DNA of 64,000 nucleotides from an uncultured virus (IMG/VR IMGVR_UViG_3300021197_001448) (Duplodnaviria; Heunggongvirae; Uroviricota; Caudoviricetes): IMG/VR virus record IMGVR_UViG_3300021197_001448; one strand, 5' to 3'. Shown piece by piece: positions 54,353 to 63,668 of this stretch (position 1 is its first letter; each line of letters starts with the position of its first letter). The notes under the pieces were generated by a model. It saw only the letters and a program-made list of their open reading frames with translations, ran no database searches and was not told where the DNA came from. The position numbers and the translations under genes were made by a program.

Positions 54353-56527
54353 TCAAAGCGTAAAATATGGCGAGTTTTCAACAACTTTTAGATGTCGAAC
54401 AGCCAATTCTACTTGAACAATAATTGCTCCCTTATCATCGGGAATTTGATGATCCGCCTTTACTATGGTGTAATCTTCAATTGTGATAGTTGCATTTTCA
54501 CGTGTGCTGTTGCTGCCACGCTTCTTCATTGTCAAAGTAATGTCATTTGTGTTTTGATGATGTTTTCGAGTTCTGATTTGTTCCCATAGTTGGTCATCTT
54601 CAATCATTGCACTAAACGAGAAAGTGTATTCTCGTTGTGCTTCTGTGATGTCAAGAGGCATCTGAACACCTGCAAGTTGAACTTGATCGTTGTCTGTTGT
54701 GTTGCCGCTATAACCTCGAATGAAATGACGTGCTTGATTTGAATTATTGATCCCAAATTCAACTTGTGTGGCTCGCAATACTGGTCGGCCAAAGACCTCA
54801 AAGTTAAGATCTTGGAAGAGATATGGCTTTTCACCATTGATAGCAATGCCTGATGCCTTTCTGTTGATTGCTGTATTCGCAGTATTTTCAAACATTCGGT
54901 GAGGCGTAAAGGCACTTGCTGTATCGGTGTAATGTCGGCCTCCTTCATATTCAACCTGCAACTTTACCTCACCTTCAGTATTTGCACTAAAAGACAAAGA
55001 ATTGACTTTACAACCATTGTAAAGACGTAGCAACTGTTCACTTCCAGGTGTTGCATTATCTCGTCGGAATGATTGCTCGATCATGAAAGTAGGCAAAGCG
55101 GTATCTCCAAACAAGGTGTGTTCAACGCCAAATTGAAGTTCTTTGGTTGTCCCGCCAATGTTTGGGCTACCTCTTGAATCAGAAGTTGTATATTGAAGTC
55201 TTTCGACACCTACTGAACCGATGGCATGAGCGAAAAAGAATGGTTCTTCGACATACACATAATCACCATCGACGGCAATAACTCTACGAATCTCATTTTT
55301 GAATACTGTCGGTAAAGTTGCATCCTGTCCTGGTATTGAATGAGTATCTTTGTCAATGATCTGGATGTAGTCGCCAACTGCAAATTTTGCTCTTATTGTT
55401 GCACCAACATTAACTCTTACATCTCTTCGAGCGATTGCGGCAGCGATAGGGGCAAGGAGATAAACGGTATTCCCTGCGATCTTAGCACGTGCTTGTGCGC
55501 CAGTATCAATATCAGCCGCACCATTCAAAGTCACGGTTGTTCGAGAAGTAAAGGAACCGTAAAGAACTGCACCTGTGCTGCTCAAGGTTTTGAAAACACC
55601 CCCATTCGTGTCATCAATGACTTCATGCGTTAGGTTTGGTGCTGATGTGTCAAAAACAACCGTTGTTGATGCACCACCTGCGGTTTTTCCTCCAATAAGA
55701 ATATGGTCGCCTACAATCAAATTGCTTAGTCCCGTCAATGCACCTGTTCCAACTACGGTTAAAGAATCGGTATCGGAAGTTCCAAATTGTTGTGCTTGAT
55801 ATGTTGCAGTTGCGGCTTTGATGTTGAGAGGGAGTTCAGCATCGGTTGGGGCGGGTCCTGCTGCGACAGTACAAAACTCACCTTTGCTCTTTGCTACGTG
55901 GCCTCCAAGTGCATATCGCATCCATCGAAGGGTATGAGCATTGAGGGCAAAAGAACCGCCTGAGAGGGTTTCCCTGCCACTTGTGAGAACGTTTACATCA
56001 CGACCCATACCAACAATGTGTTGTTTGCGAACATCAATCTCAGGCTCAGGAAGAGAGAAGTTGTCAAGAAGTCCAAAGAATTGATCGGTCTTAACCTGTT
56101 GTGCTGCATCAGTCATAGCCGATTCAAAGGTTGGAGATCGTAATGAATCTAAAATAATCAAATCGTCTGCTGCGCCATGCACTGCTGTTCCAGTAACTAA
56201 TGCAGGTTGAACTGTAATTGTTCCAGCAGTAGTATCATTCGCAGTAATGTAGTATGCTCGACGTGTAGATGCGTAATCATCAGAACTAAAGTTTGTTCCT
56301 CCTGTAATACGAACAATACAGCCTACGAGAGCGTTGTCTGGAATCTCTACATCAGTTCCCGAACCAGTATGCCAATATGTTGCAGTTCCAACCGTAATGA
56401 CGCTCGAACCATCAGATGTTGAGGTATGTGTAAATCCAGTCGATGATCCTGTTCCAGTAACCATCAATCCTGTTTCTTTGCCCCAAGACACTTCGGCTAC
56501 GTCACCCTTGAAAATTGTTCCAACCAT
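54353..56527 (-). CDS. Major tail tube protein with inserted domains
   Basis: VSWGKET N-terminus; LPTFMIE..YNGCKVNSLSFS..VEFGINN..REYTFSF are typical tail-tube segments. Confidence 0.8.
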   Translation of the reverse strand: MVGTIFKGDVAEVSWGKETGLMVTGTGSSTGFTHTSTSDGSSVITVGTATYWHTGSGTDVEIPDNALVGCIVRITGGTNFSSDDYASTRRAYYITANDTTAGTITVQPALVTGTAVHGAADDLIILDSLRSPTFESAMTDAAQQVKTDQFFGLLDNFSLPEPEIDVRKQHIVGMGRDVNVLTSGRETLSGGSFALNAHTLRWMRYALGGHVAKSKGEFCTVAAGPAPTDAELPLNIKAATATYQAQQFGTSDTDSLTVVGTGALTGLSNLIVGDHILIGGKTAGGASTTVVFDTSAPNLTHEVIDDTNGGVFKTLSSTGAVLYGSFTSRTTVTLNGAADIDTGAQARAKIAGNTVYLLAPIAAAIARRDVRVNVGATIRAKFAVGDYIQIIDKDTHSIPGQDATLPTVFKNEIRRVIAVDGDYVYVEEPFFFAHAIGSVGVERLQYTTSDSRGSPNIGGTTKELQFGVEHTLFGDTALPTFMIEQSFRRDNATPGSEQLLRLYNGCKVNSLSFSANTEGEVKLQVEYEGGRHYTDTASAFTPHRMFENTANTAINRKASGIAINGEKPYLFQDLNFEVFGRPVLRATQVEFGINNSNQARHFIRGYSGNTTDNDQVQLAGVQMPLDITEAQREYTFSFSAMIEDDQLWEQIRTRKHHQNTNDITLTMKKRGSNSTRENATITIEDYTIVKADHQIPDDKGAIIVQVELAVRHLKVVENSPYFTL

Positions 56528-56537
56528 CTTTCATTCC

Positions 56538-56975
56538 TCATATTATTGTTTCTAACGGATCTGCAAAGATGACTACTTCTGCTTGCATAGTGTATCTAAA
56601 GAACCTCTTACTACGATCAGACAAATCGGTTCTCGTCTTGAAGATAACCCTGTCAAAGTCATTATTATTGCCCTTTCTATGCTTATGAAGTATTCTCCGA
56701 ACCTCATCTCTTAGTTGCGCTAATCTTTCACGTCCTTTGACAGTCCTTATGTCGATTGTCAAATTGACATTTATATTTACAAAATCGAATAACAACTCAG
56801 GCTGTGCTTCATTATGAGCCGTTTCAAACAAACGAATCACATCATGATCTTGTAAACGAGTTCTCTTACCTTCGCCTCGATCTAAAACCGCAATATCCTC
56901 AATAGATGGCTTAGGTGATATATTCCAATCGGAATCTAACAGATCACGAATAGCAAGCAAAGCATCCTTAGCCAT
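56538..56975 (-). CDS. Putative tail terminator
   Basis: Position before the tube gene; IRDLLDSDW..LTIDIRT..EVRRIL. Confidence 0.6.
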   Translation of the reverse strand: MAKDALLAIRDLLDSDWNISPKPSIEDIAVLDRGEGKRTRLQDHDVIRLFETAHNEAQPELLFDFVNINVNLTIDIRTVKGRERLAQLRDEVRRILHKHRKGNNNDFDRVIFKTRTDLSDRSKRFFRYTMQAEVVIFADPLETII

Positions 56976-57237
56976 CTTGCATCACCTTTAACATTCGTTG
57001 AAAATCCTTTTCTACTCTCATTTTATGAGGACTTGATTCTGATAATATAGCCACATTTTTTTCAATATCCTCATCACTCATTTCAATGCCATCTGCCTCA
57101 GCCATTGCCATTTCACGTTCTTTGTTTTGTTCTCGATAATCAGTCTCTCCAGTAATAGCAGCCTCAGTTGATTTTGCTATGTCTTTGAAAGATTTTTCAA
57201 GTTCTTTAAAATACATCTGCATAAAGATAAATAGCAT
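56968..57237 (-). CDS. Hypothetical protein (neck region)
   Basis: ORF in a tight operon. Confidence 0.6.
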   Translation of the reverse strand: MLFIFMQMYFKELEKSFKDIAKSTEAAITGETDYREQNKEREMAMAEADGIEMSDEDIEKNVAILSESSPHKMRVEKDFQRMLKVMQDG

Positions 57238-58821
57238 TCAACCACCCATTCCCGCAACTATAATTGACTCTTGATATGGAATCAACATACGCTTTACTTC
57301 TTCATCTAATTTTTGAATTTTAGCGTTGAGATCGATGTTACTCGTCCCTTCTGGAAACAAAACCGTGTAATCATCAGTAAGGTAAATATCCATGCAAACC
57401 AGTTTAATGCAAGCCTCTTTGATAACCTTATCCAAATAACGTTCACCATATATGTAGGACACTTTCAGAGAATGATTTTCATAGAAAGGGTATTGATTAT
57501 TGAACATGATTGCTCCATTATCTTCCATTGACCACCAATCTTTTTGACGTGCTTCATCAATAACATCGGTTTTCAAACGTAATTGTTTGATCTCAATGCC
57601 TTCTGCTAAATTCGCAACAAAGTTAGTAGTCAAGGTATCATCCGTAACTGTGAATACATTTCCATTGCGGGAACATCGAGCAATGTATGTGTTGCCCCCT
57701 GTCGTGTAAAATACTAAACTCTCACGCAAGGTAAAATCAGTTGCAGTAGATAAAGTGAAGTTAGAACCTGCTACATTTGTGATTGTGCTTGATGGATTTA
57801 GCATCAGATCAAAGGCGAAGGCATCAGGGTTAGAGGCGGCTATGGTTGTATCTTGTCCTTCTTCTGTTGATCGCATAGATGAGATCATAATAACGCCATC
57901 TCCATCATCACTGTTTGCGGTAGCCAAAAATTCATCATCCACATTTAATTGTATGCTATTTTCTTGCAGTGTTCCAATGGGAACATCCCCTCTACTGGTT
58001 GCACTATCTTTATTGATTAAATTAGAAATGTTTTGTGCAGTTGTTTTATCGCCAAAATCTCCATCCCATGTGGTTGCAGTTTTACCACGTTCTAAAGTAG
58101 CCGTATGAGCGACACCAGGACATAAGAAAATCTTATCATTTGCACCAACAGAACTTGATTTTACTGTTAGTTTTATGATAGATGAACCCAACTCTCTATA
58201 TTTATCTCCTTGCCAAACGCCTAAACGAAGAATACGTTGTATCGATCTGTTTCTCAAATAAACAGCACCGACATAATCAGTATAGTATCTTCTTCGATAT
58301 GGTTTGAACGTAGTAAAGTTTTGATATTCGTCTGAAACTAAATGAGGTCGCCATGCCATTCGACATACTGTATCAATGTAATCCTGTTTTTCACGAATAA
58401 GCGTTTCAACCTGTGATTTAGTTAAACCACGTTCTGTGCTATTGGTTAAAGCCGAATTGATTTGGATCTGTGCGCTATTGGCGGTTGTGAATGCTTCTGC
58501 ACCTTTCTTTGTTACAATGACATTTATGTTGCCTCCACCTGCACTTTCAACATCGTTCACAGTATAGGTCTTGCCAAGAGAATCTGCATCATCATAAACG
58601 GTAATCGAGGTTCCTGCCTCAATTTTCCAACGACGATAATTTGCACCTGTTATTGGCAACTTTAAATTTGTTGAAACGATGCTACTATTTCCTGATAACG
58701 CTACGGGATCGGGAAGTGGTAATTGAAGAAAGTTTGCCACATCATCAACAGAACAATACACCAAATCATCGGGGTATAGCGGTGAACTTGGCCTGTGACC
58801 TGGATTGAAGATTTGTGGCAA
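57238..58821 (-). CDS. Head-tail adaptor-like protein with insertions
   Basis: YCSVDDV, LI....DYIDTVC..AW, LKVSYIYG..IKEACIKLV. Confidence 0.7.
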   Translation of the reverse strand: MPQIFNPGHRPSSPLYPDDLVYCSVDDVANFLQLPLPDPVALSGNSSIVSTNLKLPITGANYRRWKIEAGTSITVYDDADSLGKTYTVNDVESAGGGNINVIVTKKGAEAFTTANSAQIQINSALTNSTERGLTKSQVETLIREKQDYIDTVCRMAWRPHLVSDEYQNFTTFKPYRRRYYTDYVGAVYLRNRSIQRILRLGVWQGDKYRELGSSIIKLTVKSSSVGANDKIFLCPGVAHTATLERGKTATTWDGDFGDKTTAQNISNLINKDSATSRGDVPIGTLQENSIQLNVDDEFLATANSDDGDGVIMISSMRSTEEGQDTTIAASNPDAFAFDLMLNPSSTITNVAGSNFTLSTATDFTLRESLVFYTTGGNTYIARCSRNGNVFTVTDDTLTTNFVANLAEGIEIKQLRLKTDVIDEARQKDWWSMEDNGAIMFNNQYPFYENHSLKVSYIYGERYLDKVIKEACIKLVCMDIYLTDDYTVLFPEGTSNIDLNAKIQKLDEEVKRMLIPYQESIIVAGMGG

Positions 58822-58834
58822 AACCGATTCCCCC

Positions 58835-59044
58835 TTATCGGCGGCGCATCGACGGTACTGCCCGTACTCTCATATGTTTAAGTGCGTTCTTTCGAGTTCT
58901 GCAAAACGATGCAGGTACATCTGGTGTTGGGCAAGCCATAGGATCACCATGACATACGGGACAATCACCGAATTTGATAATATCTTCCCATGACTTCTGA
59001 AATGCTTTTTCTTTGGGCTTCGGTGTATGAACTTCTTCACTCAT
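58835..59044 (-). CDS. Small Cys-containing protein with FxxSW tag
   Basis: FQKSWEDIIKF; CPVC..C..C. Confidence 0.65.
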   Translation of the reverse strand: MSEEVHTPKPKEKAFQKSWEDIIKFGDCPVCHGDPMACPTPDVPASFCRTRKNALKHMRVRAVPSMRRR

Positions 59045-59355
59045 TGGTGGTGTCCTCCTAAGTTGTAGTGCATTGCTTCTCCGCATACAGCACATTCGGG
59101 AGTCCAACAGAAGTGGAGCATCCCACACGCAATACAGCGTGTTCCAGATCCTATGTTTTGAATGTCCTGTGCTTGTTGTTTTGTTACTTTAACAAACGAT
59201 GTACCTGCACGATCCATATTCTTTTTACTGAACGGAGATTCACTTTCACCAATTGATCCTTGACTCGTTGCCATTTCAAACATACGAGTGTTCCTTCTCT
59301 TCTTTATCTCTAAAGAAGTTTCAAGGTCAATTTCACCGACTTCAAGACGTGGCAT
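59041..59355 (-). CDS. Zinc-ribbon protein
   Basis: CIACG..CAVCG. Confidence 0.7.
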   Translation of the reverse strand: MPRLEVGEIDLETSLEIKKRRNTRMFEMATSQGSIGESESPFSKKNMDRAGTSFVKVTKQQAQDIQNIGSGTRCIACGMLHFCWTPECAVCGEAMHYNLGGHHQ

Positions 59356-59368
59356 GGGGTATTCCCCC

Positions 59369-59683
59369 TCATGCACGTCGGCCAGTCACGGTGATAAAGA
59401 CGGTGTGAGTTGATAGGTTGGTTGCATCTGCGACAGCATCCAAAGCCGCACCATCAGATCCCGCTTCAAAAGCAAGCAACTTTTTGTTGGTTCGATCATA
59501 TTGCCAAACATACCCAGTTGCGCCTCCATCAAGAGATACGGTTTCAATTGTCTTAACATAGGAAGTAAGATCCAATGCTTCGCCAGCAGCAAGCCATGAC
59601 GCATCAGGGATTACTTTTAATGTCACGATTTTTCGTGAACCGCTTACGTTATCTCTTCCTTCTTGTGTGACTGTCAATGCCAT
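59369..59683 (-). CDS. Putative head decoration protein
   Basis: SWLAAGEALDL..GYVWQYD..KKLLAF; TATAAA 29 nt upstream. Confidence 0.55.
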   Translation of the reverse strand: MALTVTQEGRDNVSGSRKIVTLKVIPDASWLAAGEALDLTSYVKTIETVSLDGGATGYVWQYDRTNKKLLAFEAGSDGAALDAVADATNLSTHTVFITVTGRRA

Positions 59684-59732
59684 ATTTATTCCTCAGTTGG
59701 TTGTTGTTTATATCCCTTTTCATAATAGATGC

Positions 59733-60254
59733 TTATTCAGTAAGGATAATGACTCGGATAACAGATGTTGGTGCTAATGCGGCTGGTGCTGTGCAACCAA
59801 CAGTAATCCTAACATTTCCGCAAACAAGGCCGTTCCATGCTGCGGGTTCGTTAATTGCTCCAGCCCCTGATTCGGAAGCAGAGGTGGTTGAGACTGAAAA
59901 GTGAAGTGAGTTCTTTGAATTAGCAGTTCCTTGATTCGATCCTTGTGTGACTTCGTGCATTGAAACCATATCCCCGCCCGATCCAGTATAGTTTAATTTT
60001 GATATTTTATCGAAATAAGGGTGTGCATCTCCCCCATCTGTTTCAACATCCATTAAAAATTGAAGTTCTCCTAAATTAGAAGATGAGCCAAGTGTTGTTG
60101 CCCCTGTTGCATCAACAATGACCTTTGAAACCTTTCCGTTTATTCGGACTTGAACTGAGTGATTATTGTCTGAAATTTCAACAACATGACGATTTACACG
60201 GCAACGACTGAGGTAATTCTCTCCATCAGTCAATGTTTGCCTGTTGCCTGTCAT
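59733..60254 (-). CDS. Putative structural protein
   Basis: Beta-rich ORF in the head module. Confidence 0.55.
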   Translation of the reverse strand: MTGNRQTLTDGENYLSRCRVNRHVVEISDNNHSVQVRINGKVSKVIVDATGATTLGSSSNLGELQFLMDVETDGGDAHPYFDKISKLNYTGSGGDMVSMHEVTQGSNQGTANSKNSLHFSVSTTSASESGAGAINEPAAWNGLVCGNVRITVGCTAPAALAPTSVIRVIILTE

Positions 60255-60268
60255 GGTAAATCACCTGA

Positions 60269-60625
60269 TCATGCCGACAAAAGTTCAATGAGTTCCGCTT
60301 TCTTCGAGGTGTTCTTAACAGCAATTCCACGTTCTTTGCACAAAGCCATTAGTTTAGCCCTTGAAAGTTTATTGTAATCGATCTCTGCTTCTTCTCCTGG
60401 TTCTTCGACAGTCGGCTCAATTGCAGATTTCATAGCATCTGTTTGAGTAGGTTCATCACCAATGATTTTCCACATAGTTGATCCCTCATCAACGAGTTTT
60501 TTGACTACAAGACCCTCAGTCTCAGAAAGTTCACGTGTCATTCCACGTGCGAAACCAATAGGTCCGTTTGCCGTTCTGAATTCGGTGTAAGATCTTCCGC
60601 CCACATATTGGACTTTAATTCCCAT
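60269..60625 (-). CDS. Protein with C-terminal Rho-N/HeH domain
   Basis: YNKLSRAKLMALCKERGI..KKAELIELL. Confidence 0.75.
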   Translation of the reverse strand: MGIKVQYVGGRSYTEFRTANGPIGFARGMTRELSETEGLVVKKLVDEGSTMWKIIGDEPTQTDAMKSAIEPTVEEPGEEAEIDYNKLSRAKLMALCKERGIAVKNTSKKAELIELLSA

Positions 60626-60635
60626 GAAAATCGCC

Positions 60636-61040
60636 TCAAGCGATGGTTTCTCGGTATAGGAAAGTCAATCGGTGAACGTCTGTATCTCCGCCAGTATCAG
60701 TGGTGAAAGAGATCGTTTTTGCACCAAATCCAATGTTTGGAATATCTCCTGCTGCTGCATCTGTCTTGTTTACAACTGAAAGAACAGCGATAATCTGTGC
60801 AGGGTTAATTCGAGAGGTTACTGCCGTAGGTGTATCAGTATCAGCAAAGTCCAATGTTGTGGAGGTCGTTGCTGCTGTTGCTGTTACATCAACACAACCC
60901 ATGCGGATTGCGCCAATGGCTGCATTTGACCCAATAGGGGTCTGCAACCAAGACGTGTCATCTCGTTCTGCTACACCTGCCCACATAGGGAGGCTAAATA
61001 CTACTGTTGTGCTTGCTTCTGTTAGGTTTGCGCTTGCCAT
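60636..61040 (-). CDS. Putative capsid decoration or minor capsid protein
   Basis: Thr/Ala-rich, immediately downstream of MCP. Confidence 0.55.
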   Translation of the reverse strand: MASANLTEASTTVVFSLPMWAGVAERDDTSWLQTPIGSNAAIGAIRMGCVDVTATAATTSTTLDFADTDTPTAVTSRINPAQIIAVLSVVNKTDAAAGDIPNIGFGAKTISFTTDTGGDTDVHRLTFLYRETIA

Positions 61041-61070
61041 TCTAAATCATCTCCAATTTTTTTTTTATCC

Positions 61071-62240
61071 TCATGCACTAAGATCTCTGACCTTGCCGTG
61101 TGCGCCATAGAAGAGTTGCCAAAGTTCACCCATTGTGTGGAAGAGTCCGACTTGACCAAGACGGTTGATACCGAATGGATCGCCAGTTTCAATTCCACTT
61201 TCGTGGTAAAGAGTTGGTTTTGCTGTGCAGAAATACATATAGTCTGTATCAAGCATATAGATGCGAGATAGTCCACCAGATGGTGCGTGAACGTCCTTTG
61301 CAGGGATGATCGGGACACCGTTGTATGTAGCGACGACAAATCCACCTTCCATTCCAGGTATTCCTTGAACACCGTTTACAGATGGCGTAACACGCTTCAT
61401 TTCAGTGAAACGTTGTTGCGGCTGCAAGAGTTGTTGGATCTTCTCAATGGTGTCATAGCCTGTTAGCATAACCTTTGGCTGACCACCACGCTCCCAAACT
61501 TCACGGAACATACCGTCAAGAATGTTAAGAGTTAGAGGTCGTTCAGTACCATTTGTACCGACATCGACGTTAGCATCAAACCAACTTCGTGTTCCAGTAG
61601 AGTCGCGTGTAATTGAATACATATTGTGAGCCGATAGGTTATCGACCTCATCAAAGGCAGCAGTTTCTGAAAGGGAAGAAGAAGTTGCTCGATCAAGGGA
61701 TTCAAAGGAGTTACCTGCAAGTCCACCGCCGTTTGTAGCGTTGTCTCCAAAGTCCTTCAAAAGCATCTTGTTGATTGACTCTGCGTGAGATTTCGACATT
61801 TCCATCTTAATGACGGCTCTTGCATCGCCAAGACCATCATCCTTGTCTGCAAGGAACATTGCGGTTTCGCTCAGGTCGAACTTGCTCGCAACAGTCTTTG
61901 GCTTGGTGGCTACTTCTTCAAAAGTTGGCTTGGTTGAATCAGGAAGTGTTCCGTTTTCTGGAAGCCCAACAGCGTCATCAGGCTTGCCAGTAACAACACG
62001 CCATCCACTCTTTTCCCAGGGTTTCTTTGGAAGGATTGAAAATGCGTTAAATTCTTGGTTGAGTTGTGACCAAACCTTGCGACCAAAGATCGCTTGGTAA
62101 GTACCAGCAGTTGAGGACATCAACGGTGAATCAGCCTTGAGTAAGTCTGTTCCACTGTATGCCCATGCGTTTGTTCCTGCGCCAGCACCATAGTAAAGGC
62201 GTTCCATATCTTCAATTGTTCTGATATATCCTTGTGTCAT
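61071..62240 (-). CDS. Major capsid protein (HK97 fold, halovirus/magrovirus type)
   Basis: LLKADSP..IFGRKVWSQLNQEFNAFSILPKKPW..SGWRV; ATYNGVPII; follows the protease gene. Confidence 0.9.
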   Translation of the reverse strand: MTQGYIRTIEDMERLYYGAGAGTNAWAYSGTDLLKADSPLMSSTAGTYQAIFGRKVWSQLNQEFNAFSILPKKPWEKSGWRVVTGKPDDAVGLPENGTLPDSTKPTFEEVATKPKTVASKFDLSETAMFLADKDDGLGDARAVIKMEMSKSHAESINKMLLKDFGDNATNGGGLAGNSFESLDRATSSSLSETAAFDEVDNLSAHNMYSITRDSTGTRSWFDANVDVGTNGTERPLTLNILDGMFREVWERGGQPKVMLTGYDTIEKIQQLLQPQQRFTEMKRVTPSVNGVQGIPGMEGGFVVATYNGVPIIPAKDVHAPSGGLSRIYMLDTDYMYFCTAKPTLYHESGIETGDPFGINRLGQVGLFHTMGELWQLFYGAHGKVRDLSA

Positions 62241-62267
62241 CTTAGTCATCTCCATTTATTTTGAGTT

Positions 62268-63626
62268 TCACTCGCCCCTCAATGCTTTAGCAGCGAGTGC
62301 TTCTGCGGCTCGCCATCCGTCAAGGTCGTTGCCCATCTGTGCAAACTCGGAATGAGTTGGCACACGGATCGTTGTTGTGGGGGAAGTAGGTGCAACATCG
62401 CTCTTTAGAAGAGATGCGTTTTCATTCTTAAGAGATGAAATTTCGTTACGAAGGGCATTTAGTTGGAGTCCAACATCGTTTGCCTTGCGAACTTCAAGAG
62501 CCTGTTGTGTTTCAGAATCGTATCGGTGTTGCCATTCTTTTTCGACAAGACCCTTTACTGCTTCTTCATCACGAAGAGAGGCATAATGTCGGTAGCCCTT
62601 TTCGAGAACATCAGGTGTCAAAGACTTGATGACATTTCCGTTACCATTTGGTGCGTTCATGTTCATGTTTCGCACACTTGGAGACTTGATGACGTGTTGA
62701 TTGCCACCAGGACTTGGAAGAGAAGGATAAGAAGGCTCAGTTGCATCTTCGCCAGATCCGATCTCATCACCTTGTCCACGATGGTTGTAGCCTCCACGAC
62801 CTTGTTCGAGAAGGTATGCCTTCTCCAAGCCAAAGTGGTCACGTAGTCCATTCAAGTTTACTCCTGAATCGTGTGCAAACTTTTCAAGAGTTGTAACGTA
62901 ATCTAATGCGGCTTCTTGAGACTTTCTGGTGTCGGATTCATCATCCTCATCTTGCATATAAGATCCCTTTTCTTCTTTATAGGACTTCATGTCGCCTTTA
63001 TCTTCTTTATCGCTTAGTTCTTTGAGAACTTCGCTTAATCCTGCTTTTATTTCGTTCAAAACTTCTGTGTTGCTCATGTTATCATCTTCCATTTTTAGTA
63101 TCGTATAGGTCGATTCGGGGTTGATTCCTTTCTTGCATAGCGTTATTTCATGCAATTCAAGATCGGTAATCTCTCGATGGTTGCCAAGTTCTGGTGTTGT
63201 TTTACTAACACGGAATAGGGCTTGACCCCCAATCGAGAATGCTCGTAGATCTCCACTACGAATTTGTTTCTGCACTTCACGTGCTTTCTGAATATCGTTG
63301 CGAATTTTGCACACAACGAAAAGTCCGTGATCATCAACTTCTGATTTCCATACACGGCCATTTGAATCGGTGTGATCATTTACTACTTCACCGACCTGGA
63401 TTCCTGAATGAGCCAACTGCACATTGCGGAATGCTTTGTTACCCATGAATTGTCCAAATGCCTTTTTCAAAGCGTTTGTAGGGATTCTATCTCCCTGCTT
63501 ATCGACCATATCAACAGATGCATAGCCAGCAACATAAAGTTCCCCTCCGCTTCCAGAGGACTTCAACAAGAAATCTGAACCTTCGGCACTCCATGATGCC
63601 GATTTGTGTTCAAGGACTGTTGCCAT
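62268..63626 (-). CDS. Prohead protease fused to a scaffold-like C-terminal region
   Basis: VAGYASVDMVDKQGD, AHSGIQVGEV, FSIGG, LHEITL..GINPES; coiled-coil/acidic tail. Confidence 0.9.
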   Translation of the reverse strand: MATVLEHKSASWSAEGSDFLLKSSGSGGELYVAGYASVDMVDKQGDRIPTNALKKAFGQFMGNKAFRNVQLAHSGIQVGEVVNDHTDSNGRVWKSEVDDHGLFVVCKIRNDIQKAREVQKQIRSGDLRAFSIGGQALFRVSKTTPELGNHREITDLELHEITLCKKGINPESTYTILKMEDDNMSNTEVLNEIKAGLSEVLKELSDKEDKGDMKSYKEEKGSYMQDEDDESDTRKSQEAALDYVTTLEKFAHDSGVNLNGLRDHFGLEKAYLLEQGRGGYNHRGQGDEIGSGEDATEPSYPSLPSPGGNQHVIKSPSVRNMNMNAPNGNGNVIKSLTPDVLEKGYRHYASLRDEEAVKGLVEKEWQHRYDSETQQALEVRKANDVGLQLNALRNEISSLKNENASLLKSDVAPTSPTTTIRVPTHSEFAQMGNDLDGWRAAEALAAKALRGE

Positions 63627-63668
63627 TGAATCATCTCATCAAGTGTAATCCTATATGAAGGGATAGGG

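Noticed and set aside
61056..61066. T-tract as terminator after the capsid gene
   Set aside because: The genes are on the - strand, where it reads as an A run.
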